DNA of 62,971 bases from Malacoraja senta. Lineage: Eukaryota. The first letter of the stretch is position 1; each line of letters starts with the position of its first letter. Below the pieces are notes generated by a model. It did not search any database and had not been told where the DNA came from. It saw only the letters and a list, made by a program, of their open reading frames with translations. A program made the position numbers and the translations under genes. The DNA is taken from positions 1,030 through 64,000 of the forward strand of contig JAXLNO010001957.1 of NCBI GenBank assembly GCA_038087875.1, in the 5' to 3' direction. Positions 13,857 to 26,413 of the stretch are shown here, piece after piece.

Positions 13857-14062
13857 TTTGAAGAAGGGTCCCAAAACGAAACGTCACCTGTCCATGTGTA
13901 AGAAGAAACTGCAAATGCTGGTTTACACCAAAGATGGACACAAATTGCTGGAATAACTCAGCTGGTCAGCCAGCATCTCTGGAGAAAAGGAATAGGTGAT
14001 GAATCCATGTTCGCCAGAGATGCTGCCTGTTCCGCTGAGTTACTCCAGCATTTTGTGTCTAT
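13857..14062. repeat. Penelope-terminus repeat (+) with a second copy (-) inserted into it
   Basis: Outer copy tTGAAGAagggtcc..cGAAACGTCacc continues at 14011 with ..ccagagatgctgcc. Inner inverted copy 13898-14003 is flanked by TCCATGT at 13891-13897 and 14004-14010. Confidence 0.75.
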
Positions 14063-14474
14063 TATGTATATTCTTTCCACTGACTGGTTAGCATGAAACA
14101 AAAGCTTTTCACTGTACCTCAATACATGTGACAATAAACTAAACTAAAGCTTTTGTGTAAATCAGTATCTGCATCTCTTTCTTTCTACAATTTTCCTGAT
14201 AATGCCCTGATAATGCACTTTATTGTTTTGTTATTACTTAAATGTTCTGCCATTATTGAAAGGAATCCAGCATTTTCCCCAAAACAAATGTTAGTTTATA
14301 TAGGGTTAAAGCTTTCTGCTTTCAATTCACCTTCTTTCATGAATTAAGTTGTGGCTGTGATGGTGCCATATATCATAGAGTTGTACAGAACATATATTGT
14401 CCCTTTGCCATGCTGCAGAACTCCTTGATTCAAAACACCATATCATCTTATATACCTTGAAAAGCCCCAAATAT

Positions 14475-14580
14475 AGACACAAAATGCTGGAGTAACTCAG
14501 CGGTCAGGTAACATCTCTGGAGAAAAGGAATAGGTGGCATTTCGGGTCGAGACCCTTCTTCACCCTGAAGTCTTCAGACA
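14475..14580 (-). repeat. Penelope-terminus-derived repeat with a mutated hammerhead core
   Basis: The - strand reads ggTGAAGAagggtctcgacccGAAAtgccacctattcc... Confidence 0.8.
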
Positions 14581-14646
14581 GTGCCCATCTATTTAGCTGC
14601 ACAGCTTAACAATTGATTTGTAAAATTATGCATTCTTATTTTTCAG

Positions 14647-14752
14647 AAGGAAATAGGAAGAAAGACAGGCACATAGGCCTTATTGCCGTGTGTGCTGATA
14701 TTGCTGGCTATTGTCTTGGCAGTAATTGTTTTGTGGAGAAAAAAGAGGAGAG
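14647..14752 (+). pseudogene. MHC class I-like connecting peptide/TM exon with a 1-nt frameshift
   Basis: cttatttttcag|AAGG...AGAG|gtaag, 106 nt. Phase-1 reading gives EGNRKKDRHIGLIAV; removing one base in gtgtgtg continues VLILLAIVLAVIVLWRKKRR (TM plus basic stop-transfer) and gives a 105-nt phase 1/1 exon. Confidence 0.8.
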
Positions 14753-15004
14753 GTAAGATGGAAAAATTGTGATGCACTGTTGCTAGTAAAGGTATTGGGC
14801 TTGAAGAAATGATCGATCTCAAGTAGGATAAGGCAGCAGCTACACCTGAAATGCCTCGACAGTCACCACTGTCAACTAGCCTTTGTGCTGTTGTTAAATG
14901 TTTCTGATAATCAGATATTTAAAAATTGTGAATTCAGTGTAAAAAAAAGTTAAACATTATGGATTCACTGCCCCAAATCCTAGAAATATCAATGAGTCAT
15001 TAAA

Positions 15005-16910
15005 AAGTACAGCATGGAAGCAGTCCTTTTGGCCCACCGTGTCCATGCCAACCACCAACCACCTGTTCTCATGAATTCTATCTCATTGCACCTTCTCATC
15101 CAGTCACCCACCCACTAGGGGCAATTTACAGTGGCCAATTAAACTATAAACTGACACATCTTAGGATGTGTGAGGAAACCGGAGCCCCTGGAGGGATCCA
15201 ATGCGGTTACACGGAGAACATGCAAACTCCACATAGATGGCACTCAAGGTCAAAATTGAACCCGGGTCTGTGTCGCTGTGAGGCAGCAGCTCTACGAGTT
15301 GTGACACTGTGCTGCTCTGTTGGGGGCTCGCACTGTTCATGATCCAAGTCAGCTACGAGGCAGATTGGTTGCAGTTTAACATTTACTAGTTTTGTTTAGT
15401 TTAATTTAGAGATACAGTGACGAAATAGGTCCTTAGGCCCACCGAGTCTGCGCTGACCAGCGATCCCCGCACATTAACACTATCCTATACACGCACACCA
15501 AGCCAATTAACCTACATACCTGTACGTCTTTGGAGTGTGGGAGGAAACCTTAGATCTCGGAGAAAACACACGCGGTCATGGGAAGAACGTACAAACTCTG
15601 TACAGACAGCATCAGTAGTCGGGATCGAACCCGGGTCTCCGGTGCTGCAAGCGCTGTAAGGCAGCAACTCTACTGCTGCACTCAGTAGCTGCCACCAAGG
15701 CCGCTGTTGCTGGAAGACTCTATGTTTCTATGACTCAAAATTAAGTGGGAATGTGAGTAGTGGGAGAAATGGTTCAATGTGGAAAGTCGAATGAATGAGC
15801 AACAACATGACAGGTGGACTACAATGTGAAACAGGGCAGCACAGAGCCAGAGACCTGAATTAAATACCGACATCGGCTGTTGTATCTGTAGAGTTTGCAT
15901 GTTGTTCCTGTGACCATGTGGGTTTCCCCAGGTGCTCTGGTTTCCTCCCACATCCCTAAAACATGGTTTGGTAGGTTAGTTGTCCCCTAGATTGTGCATG
16001 ATACAATGTGGGGAGAGCTGATGAGAATGTGGGACAAATATAGGATTAGTGTACATGAATGGTTGGTGCAGGTCAGTGGGACAAAGGCCATGTTTGTATG
16101 CTGCATATTTCCATGACTCTTTATAATGTAGAAAGATGTTGACTATTTTTGATTTATAAGATTGGGAAAGACTGTGAGGGACAGTGCTAGAGTAACTCAG
16201 CAGGTCAGGCAACATCCCTGGAGACCATGGATAGGTGACAATCTGGTTCGAGACTCTTCAGGCAAATTACAATGGGTATTCCTCCGCTTAAGTCTGATAG
16301 TAGTGTACAGATGCACCTCAACCACTGACTTGCTCAACAAGTGCTTAAATTAGTTGAATTAAAGTATGTTTGGAGTAACATGCAGCAGTCCTTAAAATCT
16401 ACGATTTCCCAAATCCCAAGAGAGCTGGATGATCAGGGTTTTAGTGTAAATTCAAAGTCATCTATATCACTGATTTCTTGCCTGTGATCACACTGTTGTA
16501 AGATATATTCTGGTGATGAATTGCAGTTCACTTTCCTCCTGTGTAAAGGAGTTATTGTGTTGAATATAACAAGTGGAGGGAAAGTCAGTGTAGGATTTAG
16601 AGTTTGTACGTAATGCAGCATGGTAGTGCAGCTGGTAGAACTGCTGCCTCACAACGCCAGAGACCCAGGTTCAATCTGGACCTCGGGTACTGTCTACGTG
16701 GAGTTTGCATGTTCTCCTTGTGACTATGTGGGCTTCCTCAGGGAGCTCCGGTTTCCTCCCATATCCCAAAGATGAGCAGGTGTGCAGGTAATCATCCTCG
16801 GTAAGTCACCCTGATAGTGTAGGGGGTGGATGGGAAATCTATTATGAATGGGTGATTGCTGGTTAGTATGGATTTGGTGGCACAAATGGCCTGTTTACAC
16901 ACTGTATCAC
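15005..16910. repeat. Cluster of HE1/V-SINE-like copies (~15005-15315 -, 15395-15685 -, 15850-16105 +, 16615-16910 +) and a Penelope terminus (~16180-16260 -)
   Basis: Recurrent tRNA-like head, GTTTGCATGTTCTCC core and tail motifs. Confidence 0.75.
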
Positions 16911-16914
16911 TGTT

Positions 16915-18150
16915 TTCAAGAGAGAGTTAGATTTAGCTCTTAGGGCTAAGGGATTCAAGGGATATGGGGAAACAGCCAGATCGGAGTATTAATTTTGGAT
17001 GATCAGCCATGATTGTATTGAATGGCGGTGCTGGCTCAAAGGGCCGAATAGCCTATTCCTGCACCTATTTTTTTATGTTTCTATCTTTCTATTAAATAAA
17101 CTAAATTGGAAGACAGAAGGTATTTACTGATGCATCTTCACACCAGCTGTAAATGTCATAAACTGTGAGAATTGATTGCAAATGTTATACAATATTATAA
17201 ACTAAACTGGGTGATCAAAATGACAAGATGGATGAAGAGCAGAGTTTTCATTGAAATAACAGACGTGCAGCTTTCTCGAGCACTTGGCCTTGGTTGTGTA
17301 ATATTTCCTCTTCAAAATACAATGTTCCCAGGCATTGCTGGTCTGAGGCACCATTCAGCAAGCATATTTCCTGAAACGGAGGTTCTGCTTTCATGGTATC
17401 AAGATGTCCAACAGCTCCAGCACCCAGATCAGAACCTTGCCAAAACTAAGAATGCAGCAACAATTTAGTCATTGAACATCAACGACATGCATATTTGAAC
17501 TGAGGCAATGGTTAGCTTATTATCACTGTAAACCAGTCGTGGTCATGGGTCTGCCATTGTGGTCACTATTAGTGAGGGTGATTAACTATCATGTAGCAGT
17601 GAAACGGAAAAGAATTGGCTTTTCAAGCCCACGGAGCCATAGAGTCATACGGCATGGAAATGGCCACCTCAACTTGGCCATGTCAACCAAGATGCCATGT
17701 TTAAACTACAATTTACCTGCAATTGACCCATATCTCACTGAACCTTTCCTATCTACAGTATGTACCTGTCCAAGTGTGTTCTAAATGTTTTTTAATACCT
17801 GCCTCAACTCCTTCCGCTGGAATGTTCTTCCATATTTCCACTTCCTCTGGTTCCGAGTAACTCGTTTCCTTCTCACCTTAAACCTAAGTCCTCTGGTTCT
17901 TGATTACACAAGGCTGGTTAAAAGATTCCGTGCATTCAATCTATCTATGCTCCTTGATTTTATAAACTTCTATAATATCACCCCTCAGCCTCTTGCGTGC
18001 CAAGGACTAAAGTCCAAGCATTCTCATCCTCTCCCTGAATCACAGGCCCTGTTAATGACATCCTTCCGATAGTGGAGTGACCAAAACTTAACACATTACT
18101 CCAAATGTGACCTCACCAACATCTTGTACAACTGTAGCAGAACATCCCAA
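16915..18150. mobile_element. CR1/HER1 LINE 3' fragments (16915-17090 +, 17640-18150 -)
   Basis: CR1-type tail gatcagccatg..gaatggcggtgctggctcaaagggccgaatagcc; the minus fragment resembles the other CR1 3' ends in the window. Confidence 0.7.
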
Positions 18151-18315
18151 CTTTTTTATTCAGTACCTTTCTTTTAAAATCTTTTTATTGTTTTTTTTCA
18201 AAAAAACAAAAACAAAAATAAAACATAAAAAACAGAGCAAAAAGAATAATGATAAACATAACAATGGTATTGATACATAGGGATCATGATTACATTAATA
18301 ACAAGTATAAACTAA

Positions 18316-21300
18316 TAGTAAGATTAAACGAGAACTTACCTAAGTTTGAAGTTTGATCTTTATTTTATGAGGAGTTACGTAGGTGATTACGTGAAGAACC
18401 CCGCCAGTGCGCCAATCTTCAAAGCAGCGGTGTGAAATCACAAAAAACAACAACCGAAGTAATATAGTCTCATAATAAAACGAGTAATACAAGAACTTCA
18501 ATCTGACCTTTATGATAGAGGGTAGGGTCATGGCGGGCACGTAATCACCTACGTAACTCCTCATAAAATAAAGATCAAACTTCAAACTTAGGTAAGTTCT
18601 CGTTTAATCTTACTATTTTACTTCGGAGTCACGTGAGTTACTACGTGAAGATTTTAAAGCTTTGTGATTTCATGCCGTAGATCAATCCCGGCTTCTCACT
18701 GCATAGATTGACTCGGAACGAGAATAATCAATCATGCATTCATAATAACATTTGTACCACAAATGCAGTCATTCATTTCAATAATGAAATTAATCAGATC
18801 CCCTTTAAACCAGAGGAATTTACACAGAACTTAAAATAGTTTCTGCACACAATCCCGCATTAACAATAGGCCGATGGTAAAAATGTTGAAACATCAACTC
18901 ATTGGACCATCCGGCGGCTGCGAGGATATGGTCGACGGGGACGTCTTATGCCCTGGCCGCCGACATTTCTGCTGCCCTAGTCGAGTGAGACGTAAAAACA
19001 TAAGTGTTAATATCAGCAGCTGTTATGACTTCTTTTATCCATCAGGAAATAGTCTGTATTGAAACTCTCTTGTGTGGTTTCTTGTGTGTGATTAACAACC
19101 CAGTTTCCGTATTTCTTAAATGCTTTGTGACCTCAATGCATTGTCACAAATATGTCTTAACACAGAGACAAGGATCATTTGGATATGCTGCTAGCATAAT
19201 TTTAAATCCTGTCACACCTGGCCTAATTTGCTTTAATAGGTCATAGATATAGAATGTAACCTTGTCTTCAGTTACTTCCATAGTATCTATTTGTAATTTT
19301 CTAAGTGTTTGCACTCGTTGTGCAGTCACTCATGCCATAAGCATGAATACTTTCATCCTGAGCTTGACCAAAGGTAAAGACACACTTGGTGACCATTCAC
19401 GAAGTAGTTTCAGTACCACACTTACATCCCAGATTGTCATGTACCTAGGTTTCGGTGGTTTGGAATTAAAGATTCCTTTCATTAGTCTGGAAAGAATTGG
19501 GTGTGACCCAATTGGGTTTATTTCTGAATCCAGAACCAAATATGAGGGCAATGCACTTATGGCTGAATTAATTGCACTACAACTCAGACCTTCATCATAA
19601 TAGAGTTTTGACAGATTTTCTAAACATTTGAAATATCTGCAGTACTATATTGCAAATTCTTTTGTACACAGAACTTTTCCCATTTCTTAATATAAGAAAG
19701 GTACTGTTTTTGGAGTGCTCTTCCTCCAGGCTGCCGTAAGCATGTCCACAGTACGCTCAGACAGTCCTCGCCCCAGAAAAGGCCTTCTTAAACCTGCAAA
19801 TCAACAAATCCAAACAATCATTAGATTAGATAGATTAGATTAGATAGCCCTTTATTGTCATTCAGACCGAAGTCTGAACGAAATTGCAAGTCATACATAA
19901 AACAACAATAAACACATATTAACATCCACCACAGTGAGTCCACCCAACATCTCCTCACTGTGATGGAGGCAAAAGTCTTAGGTCTGCAGTCTCTTCCCTC
20001 CTCTTCTCCCTCTGCGCTGAGGCGATACCCCCCGGGCGATGTTTCCCGCGGCTCAAACACCGCGGCCCGGGGTGGTCGATATAATGGATGTTGTTTCCCT
20101 GTTACAGGGTGCAGCAATAAATTACTCCTTTTGGGGACTTTCATCAACATTTGTGTTGTTAATTCTAATATCAACAGATACCATGGCTGTGTAGGCCAAT
20201 CTGGTATTACCAATACACCTGAATCAGCATCTTGCCTGACTTTAAGCAAACACTGGCTTATAAGGCAGAAAAGTGGAAATATATATGACAACATATCACT
20301 CCAATGTAGCGAGAAAGAATCAATCGCCACTGCTCCTGGATCTGATTCACATGAGACATATCTCGATAGCTGATGATTCAGCCTAGATATAAACAAGTCA
20401 ATGTTGGGCATTCAAAATCTGATTACTATATCATTGAATACCTCTCGATTCAACATCCATTCTTATTATCATGGAACTTTCGTGACCTGGTGTCTGCTAT
20501 CGTGTTCATTCTACCTGGTAGATAGATAGCTGAAATCCAAATATTCTTTTCAATACACCCAGTCCAAAGTTGATTAGCCATTTTGTCACATGACCCTGAC
20601 TTGATTTCATCCATATCATTAATATAGGCAATTGCTGTTGTGTTTATCAATCTGAACTTGGACATGCCTTTTAGTTGTGTTAGAACAATAACCTTGGAGT
20701 CCATAGAAACATCCTAAAACTCCAAATAGTTAACTCCCCATGTCTGCAGTAACAATGACTCTTCCTGATTCCATCTGCCTCCGCAGCTAGATGCTAAGTC
20801 AGTTTCACCCCATCCTAGTGTACTGGCATCTGTTTGTAATATCATGGAAGGTTTGTTCAATCAGCACTCTGCTGGAACTGCTTGAGACATGTAGAATCCA
20901 CCACTGCAGATCAGAAACAGCATTTGTTGTCAGTTGCATGGTTCTATCAAAATGACCAACATGCATTCTCAGTGCCTGTTCTTTAACTCTCTGCAGCTGT
21001 TGATAATGTAATGGTCCGAATTGGACTGCTGGGAATGCTGCTACTAATTTTCCCAGTACTCAAGCCACCTGTCTGATTGAGGGGTTTTGCTCGTTTACCA
21101 GATTACTGCAATCTTTAATCAACTCCACCCTTTTTTCACTGGGCAAAGTAATTTTCATTTGGACTGAATCAATTGTGAACCCCAAATAATCAATCGAGGT
21201 ACATGGTGTTAACCTTGATTCCTTTGGATGAATTAGAAACCCCAAACTTTCAAAAGTTGATTTCACAACTGCCACAGATGCTTCTGTTGACTGTTTTGTC

Positions 21301-23330
21301 CTTCCTATTATCAGCGCATCATCCAAAATATGCCACTAGTACATGCCCCTGGCTTCTTAGCAACCCCAGAACTGGTTTTAATAATTTTGTGAATATTCTG
21401 GGAGCGGACGTTAACCCATTAGGCAAAGCTTTGAACTGCCATAACTGGTTCATCCATGTAAATTTAAGATACTGAATATGTATCTTTTAAATCTATAGTT
21501 GCCATATGACATGCTTCTGAAATAAGTTGTTTGGCAGTCACAAATATCTCTTTTAAAATGTTTAAATTAAACAAAAGGATTCAGACTTGTCAAGTCTAGA
21601 ATAATCCCACATCCTCAATCCTTTTTTGATCGATGGAATATATTTAACACAAATTGGTGAATTTGGTAGACTGATTCTTCAATAACACATTTTATATATA
21701 GGGTTTGAAACGCAGCTTGAACCTCCATCACTTCTTTTTGTGCAAACCATATGACAATTACAGCAGGAAAACAGGCCATCTCGGCCTTTCAAGTCCATGC
21801 CGAAGAAGTGGAGAATTCTGCTAGGAACATGCTGGACAGGCAAATCATAATTTGGATTGAATTCAATTCGAAATCCTTGTATACTATTCAGAATTACCAC
21901 ATCTGAAGTAATCTTCCAATTGTTTATAGAAGAGACATAATCTGCCGCCAACTTTTGGACTTAATCCAGTTAGTATGTTCCCATGAGAACCAGGTCCACC
22001 TACCTCTTGAGTCATTTGAGTACTCTGAGATTCCTGGATTCTCCCGGAAGCACCCTCACTGGTTCTTGCTCCCGCTGCAGGCCGCCAGCTACGTCCCTGC
22101 GTTAATGTGCGACTTGGTCCTGTCCAGGATCCGTATGACATCTGAAAGGATATTCCTCTTTACAGACTTTTCAACCATTGATGTTTTCATCAATCCTGTT
22201 TTCGCTTCATCTTCCAACTCTTTAACACATCTCTCGAGATCCTCTCCAAAGAGTAAGTTGGGTAATTGTACATTACTTGGTTTGCAGAGTGCTGCGAATT
22301 TCGGATTCATAATAGGCCGTATAGCACCTTTCCTCGGACAATTGATCTCGAAGTGGGTGCTGCATAGAAACCCCAGTGCTTTCTGATGCAACTCCGTCAT
22401 CTCTTGGCTTTTATCCGCTATTCTGGCAAAGCAGTTATTCCAGCAGCTTTAATATTCTCTGCCATTTCAATTCTTGAGTTCTCATAATCATACTCAACTC
22501 ATATTTTCTTGCATTCTCATTCATTTCCTGCTGTTCCAGCTGATGGGAAACCAAGTAATTTATTAGGGAGGCCAATTCTCTTCTAATGGCTCTCCTGACT
22601 CTGACGGGGCAGCGAATCATACTGCCAGGGGTGGAACATCTGTACATCACGTACATCACGGCTACTGTGACAAATCACATAGAGCCTCACCGTCAGAATC
22701 AGGGTCTGAAATCTCATGACCTATGGCACGCTCCTCATCCCTGAGGGTGCATTCTATCAGCCCTGAACCAGGAGCTGTTGAGCTGCTTCCAGCAGCTTGG
22801 TTTTCAGTACACTCTTACCTGAGTGTGCTTTGCTCCAACAGCCTATGTAGCAGGCTTTCCATTTGGGCAATACGCTTTAAAAGCAGTATCTAGCCCTGGA
22901 GCTTCCATTTCCTGGGACTCCTCCTCCGTGGCCCGTTTCAATTCGGACTTGGCCTTGCGCCCGACAGGCGTTGACTGCCCCAGGTCCACAGTCGCTATGC
23001 TCACCGCTGACGACTGTACCGGGGTTAGAGGCGGTTGGTCGCTACCCGCAGACTCCCGACTTTCCCGACTTTCTGTCGGCTGTGTCGCTCGCCTCTTCCC
23101 CCTGCCCGTTTTTTCCCATGGCATCTGTGGAAGAAATCCCCACAGACCCACAGTAAACGGACATGAAAAAATACTAAAAAAGTTTTTACTTACCTTGTAG
23201 TTAAAAAACTACAAATCCACTGAGGAGCTCTGCTCCTCACGTCCGTTTGCGACAAGGCGTATGACGTAATGACGCGCAGGCGCACTGGCGGGGTTCTTCA
23301 CATAGTCACTCACGTGATTCCGAAGTAAAA
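18316..23330 (-). mobile_element. DIRS1-like tyrosine-recombinase retrotransposon #1: structurally full length, coding-decayed
   Basis: Inverted termini GTGAAGAACCCCGCCAGTGCGCC (18391-18413) and its complement (23279-23301). Internal complementary region 18536-18650 matches both outer ends. Broken gag-like (21900-23150), RT/RNase H (20450-21700), MT-like (IDLFISRLNHQL..IPDWPTQPWY) and YR (19000-19800) frames. Confidence 0.92.
19822..20075 (-). mobile_element. GC-rich non-autonomous retroposon (copy 5, short) inserted in DIRS #1
   Basis: (TAGAT)n tail; aacatccaccacag..ctcactgtgatggaggcaaaagtc block; interrupts the DIRS MT region. Confidence 0.75.
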
Positions 23331-24279
23331 TATGAGACCAGTGTCAAAATACACAATGAATATAGACCTCTCCATCTCTATGTAAATATAGTTAAATCTT
23401 TAAAAGGAAACATAAATGTAAANNNNNNNNNNNNNNNNNNNNNNNNNNNNNNNNNNNNNNNNNNNNNNNNNNNNNNNNNNNNNNNNNNNNNNNNNNNNNN
23501 NNNNNNNNNNNNNNNNNNNNNNNNNNNNNNNNNNNNNNNNNNNNNNNNNNNNNNNNNNNNNNNNNNTGAACTGAGAAATTCAACAATTTACGTCTGTTTG
23601 TCGTCAAGTCCGTTCCACCCTATGAAGGTAAAATAATTTTTATAAAGGTTAAAGAGGGAACAATTTATGTTGTATGAAAGTGTTCAATAAATTTTCCCCA
23701 AGTCTTATCAAATTGAACCAAGGGTTCAACAATGTCACTTCTGATTTTTTCTAAATTTAAACATGATATCGTTTCAGAATACCACTGGAGTGTGGTCGGA
23801 GGGTTGGAATCTTTCCATTTAATGAAAATAAATCTTCTGGCAATTAATGTGGTAAAAGCAATCAACCGATGGGCGGAGTGGGACAAATGAATAGAATCTA
23901 ACATTGGTAACCCAAAAATTGCAGTAATAGGATGAGGTTGTAAATCTATACCTAAGACTACCGAAATAGTATCAAAAATTTATTTCCAATATTTTTCCAA
24001 AAGAGGGCAGGACCAAAACATATGGGTCAGTGATGCCACTTCAGAGTTACATCTGTCACAGGTAGGATTTATATGACCATAAAAACGAGCTAACTTGACT
24101 TCCGGTGGCGCTATGGAGGCTTGAGTCCAGTACCAACTAGCTCCGTGCCGAAGAATCTGAAAACGGGAGAAAATCGGGTCTTACCTGCAGCGATCGCGAT
24201 CTGAACGGCTGCCTGCCGCGTGACGTCATCAGGCGCGCGACTTTGACGGTATGTCGACGCAACATCCCCCCCCCCCCGT

Positions 24280-25308
24280 GTGCCAAAAAAACCCGTTAAA
24301 GGGAAACCACCGATGGAAGAGGTAGGCCTAACTGAGGCCTCGGCCTCAGGTACAATGACGGCCCAGGAAGACCCAACGAAGAAATCAAAGCAGAAAAAGT
24401 CTGAAATTGAAGATCTTAAAACTTTTCTCGCTGTTGAAATTAAACAGATTCAACTACAGTTGAAAACCTTTGAAGGAAAATTGAATTTTAAAGAGGAACT
24501 TAACTCTTTTAAGGTAGATTTTAAAGCAGAAATGCTTTCTACCGTTCAAGAAATACTGGAAGTCTGGAAGAGGTCGAGGGACGATGAGGTCAAGGAACAG
24601 ATGGAAGTGCTGGAAGCCAGGTTCGTTTCGGTGGAATCGAACGCTAATATGGAGGTGGTCCCCATTCATCAAGCACTTGATCAACATAGAACAGCGATAA
24701 CCGAACTTGAGAAATGGGCGGCGACAAGTGAGGAAACTGTAAATCGACTCCTTATTGAAAACCAACGCCTCTCCGGTATGGTGATCAAATTAAGTGATAA
24801 GTGTACCGATTTGGAGGGGCGTCAAAGACGCAAGAATTTAAGAATTGTAGGGGTGAAAGAAGGAAGTGAGAGGGATATGGGCCCTCGGGATTTTGTGGCA
24901 GACCTACTACAAAAAGCCTTAAAATTGGATCAAAAACCTTCACTCGGTCGAGCACATAGAGCGCAGGGGCGTCGTACACAAGATGATGCCCATCCAAGAC
25001 AAATTATAGTAAAGGTGCAACTTGATCATGAATTTGACGAGATAATGAAGAAAATCGTCCGAAGCGGACAGCTCTATTTTGAAGGTGCGAGGTTCAGTAT
25101 TTACCGAGATTATCCGGCAGAGGTCTTCAAGAAAAGAGCACTGTTCACTGAGACAAAAAGAATACTGAAGAAGGTACCTGATTTGAGATACGGCTTGCTT
25201 TACCCCGCAAGACTAAGAGTCACCTACAAGCAGAAGGAGCAATTTTTTACAGACCATGAAAAAGCACTGGAATATGCCAAAGAAATCGGGAACGTGACCA
25301 CAGACTGA
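24280..25308 (+). CDS. L1 ORF1p (coiled coil + RRM + CTD); uninterrupted frame
   Basis: LEGRQRRKNLRIVGVKEG, RAHRA, PRQIIVK, IYRDYP, YPARLRV are L1 ORF1 motifs. The annotated start is GTG; an in-frame ATG lies at 24313. Confidence 0.88.
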   Translation: MPKKPVKGKPPMEEVGLTEASASGTMTAQEDPTKKSKQKKSEIEDLKTFLAVEIKQIQLQLKTFEGKLNFKEELNSFKVDFKAEMLSTVQEILEVWKRSRDDEVKEQMEVLEARFVSVESNANMEVVPIHQALDQHRTAITELEKWAATSEETVNRLLIENQRLSGMVIKLSDKCTDLEGRQRRKNLRIVGVKEGSERDMGPRDFVADLLQKALKLDQKPSLGRAHRAQGRRTQDDAHPRQIIVKVQLDHEFDEIMKKIVRSGQLYFEGARFSIYRDYPAEVFKKRALFTETKRILKKVPDLRYGLLYPARLRVTYKQKEQFFTDHEKALEYAKEIGNVTTD

Positions 25309-25899
25309 AGAATTTACATTACTCCTCAGGAGTCAAGGATTAACGGGACTTCACCAGATTTAAAAGGACCTTTAAAGTTCTTTTAAGAGCTTTAAGGACA
25401 TTCGAAAACCGAAATGGACGGTGGACATTGGAGAAAACCGTGGTTTTTTATTATTATTTTTTTAAATCTTTTTTTATTTTTAGTATAAACTTTAAGAACA
25501 ATAATATCATAGTTGTGACCAATTGTTATTAATCACTATTACTATTTAGTATATTCATATCTAACTATATATGTAACTGCTAATACTTATTAAATATCTA
25601 TATTACTACTAAAATTATTAACATTTATATTACTCATAAAAATTTAATACTGGGTATGATTGATAACAATGATTAATAACTAACAATCTCTGGTTAACGT
25701 AGAAATGAGTTACATACTTATATTCTACAGGAAGATGTGCAAGAGGTAATTCAGCCTACGTCATAATAAGGTTTGACGGTTTTTCTCTTTATTTTTCAAT
25801 TTAAAATTAAATTTATAGATTTAGCGAAGATATTAATATGGTATGTAGAGAATAATAACGTTGTGAATTTATGTTGTTTTCGGACTTTTCTGCAGGGAT

Positions 25900-25924
25900 A
25901 TGTGCGTATATATGTATGCATATG

Positions 25925-26000
<76 letters not shown>

Positions 26001-26035
26001 TGTGTGTGTGTATGTATGGGTATATATATATATGT
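25900..26035. repeat. (TA)n/(TG)n microsatellite in the L1 B inter-ORF spacer
   Basis: Direct. Confidence 0.95.
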
Positions 26036-26413
26036 TTGCTACTCCCAAAGAAGTTAATTGATTGTCAGAAATATTCTTTCTTTTTTTTTTCGGGCACGGA
26101 GCTGGGAATTTTTTTTTTACAAAGGCTACGGAAGTCTTTAGAATTCTAGCCACGTTAGTGTGGCTATCACTAACTACACTAATTGTAGATGTAGTTTTTT
26201 TTCTTTCACCCTATACTAACCAATTCTATCACTTTTTTCACTTTAAATATTTTTATAACTTAATGTTTGAATGGAACAACAAGACTAATTCAAGGAGATG
26301 TGTTCGGAAGAGCGATGTATATGATTTTAAATTCATCTATTCGAGGTTCGGGAGCAGGGTCAGGTTTTATGTGTTGCACCTTCTGCTCGGTTATAGACCA
26401 CCTTAGAAACAAT

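Noticed and set aside
11691-14752. Class II or W-category assignment for the Ig-C1 exon
   Set aside because: It lacks the class II beta NGDW motif, and the TM has none of the glycine pattern of class II-type chains. A phylogeny is still needed.
17329-17468. Alternative MHC tail exon (tgttcccag|GIAGL..WYQDVQ..TI*), also containing a YxxPhi motif
   Set aside because: Weak pyrimidine tract and no clear nearby polyA signal; 36682 is the better acceptor. Not fully excluded without transcripts.
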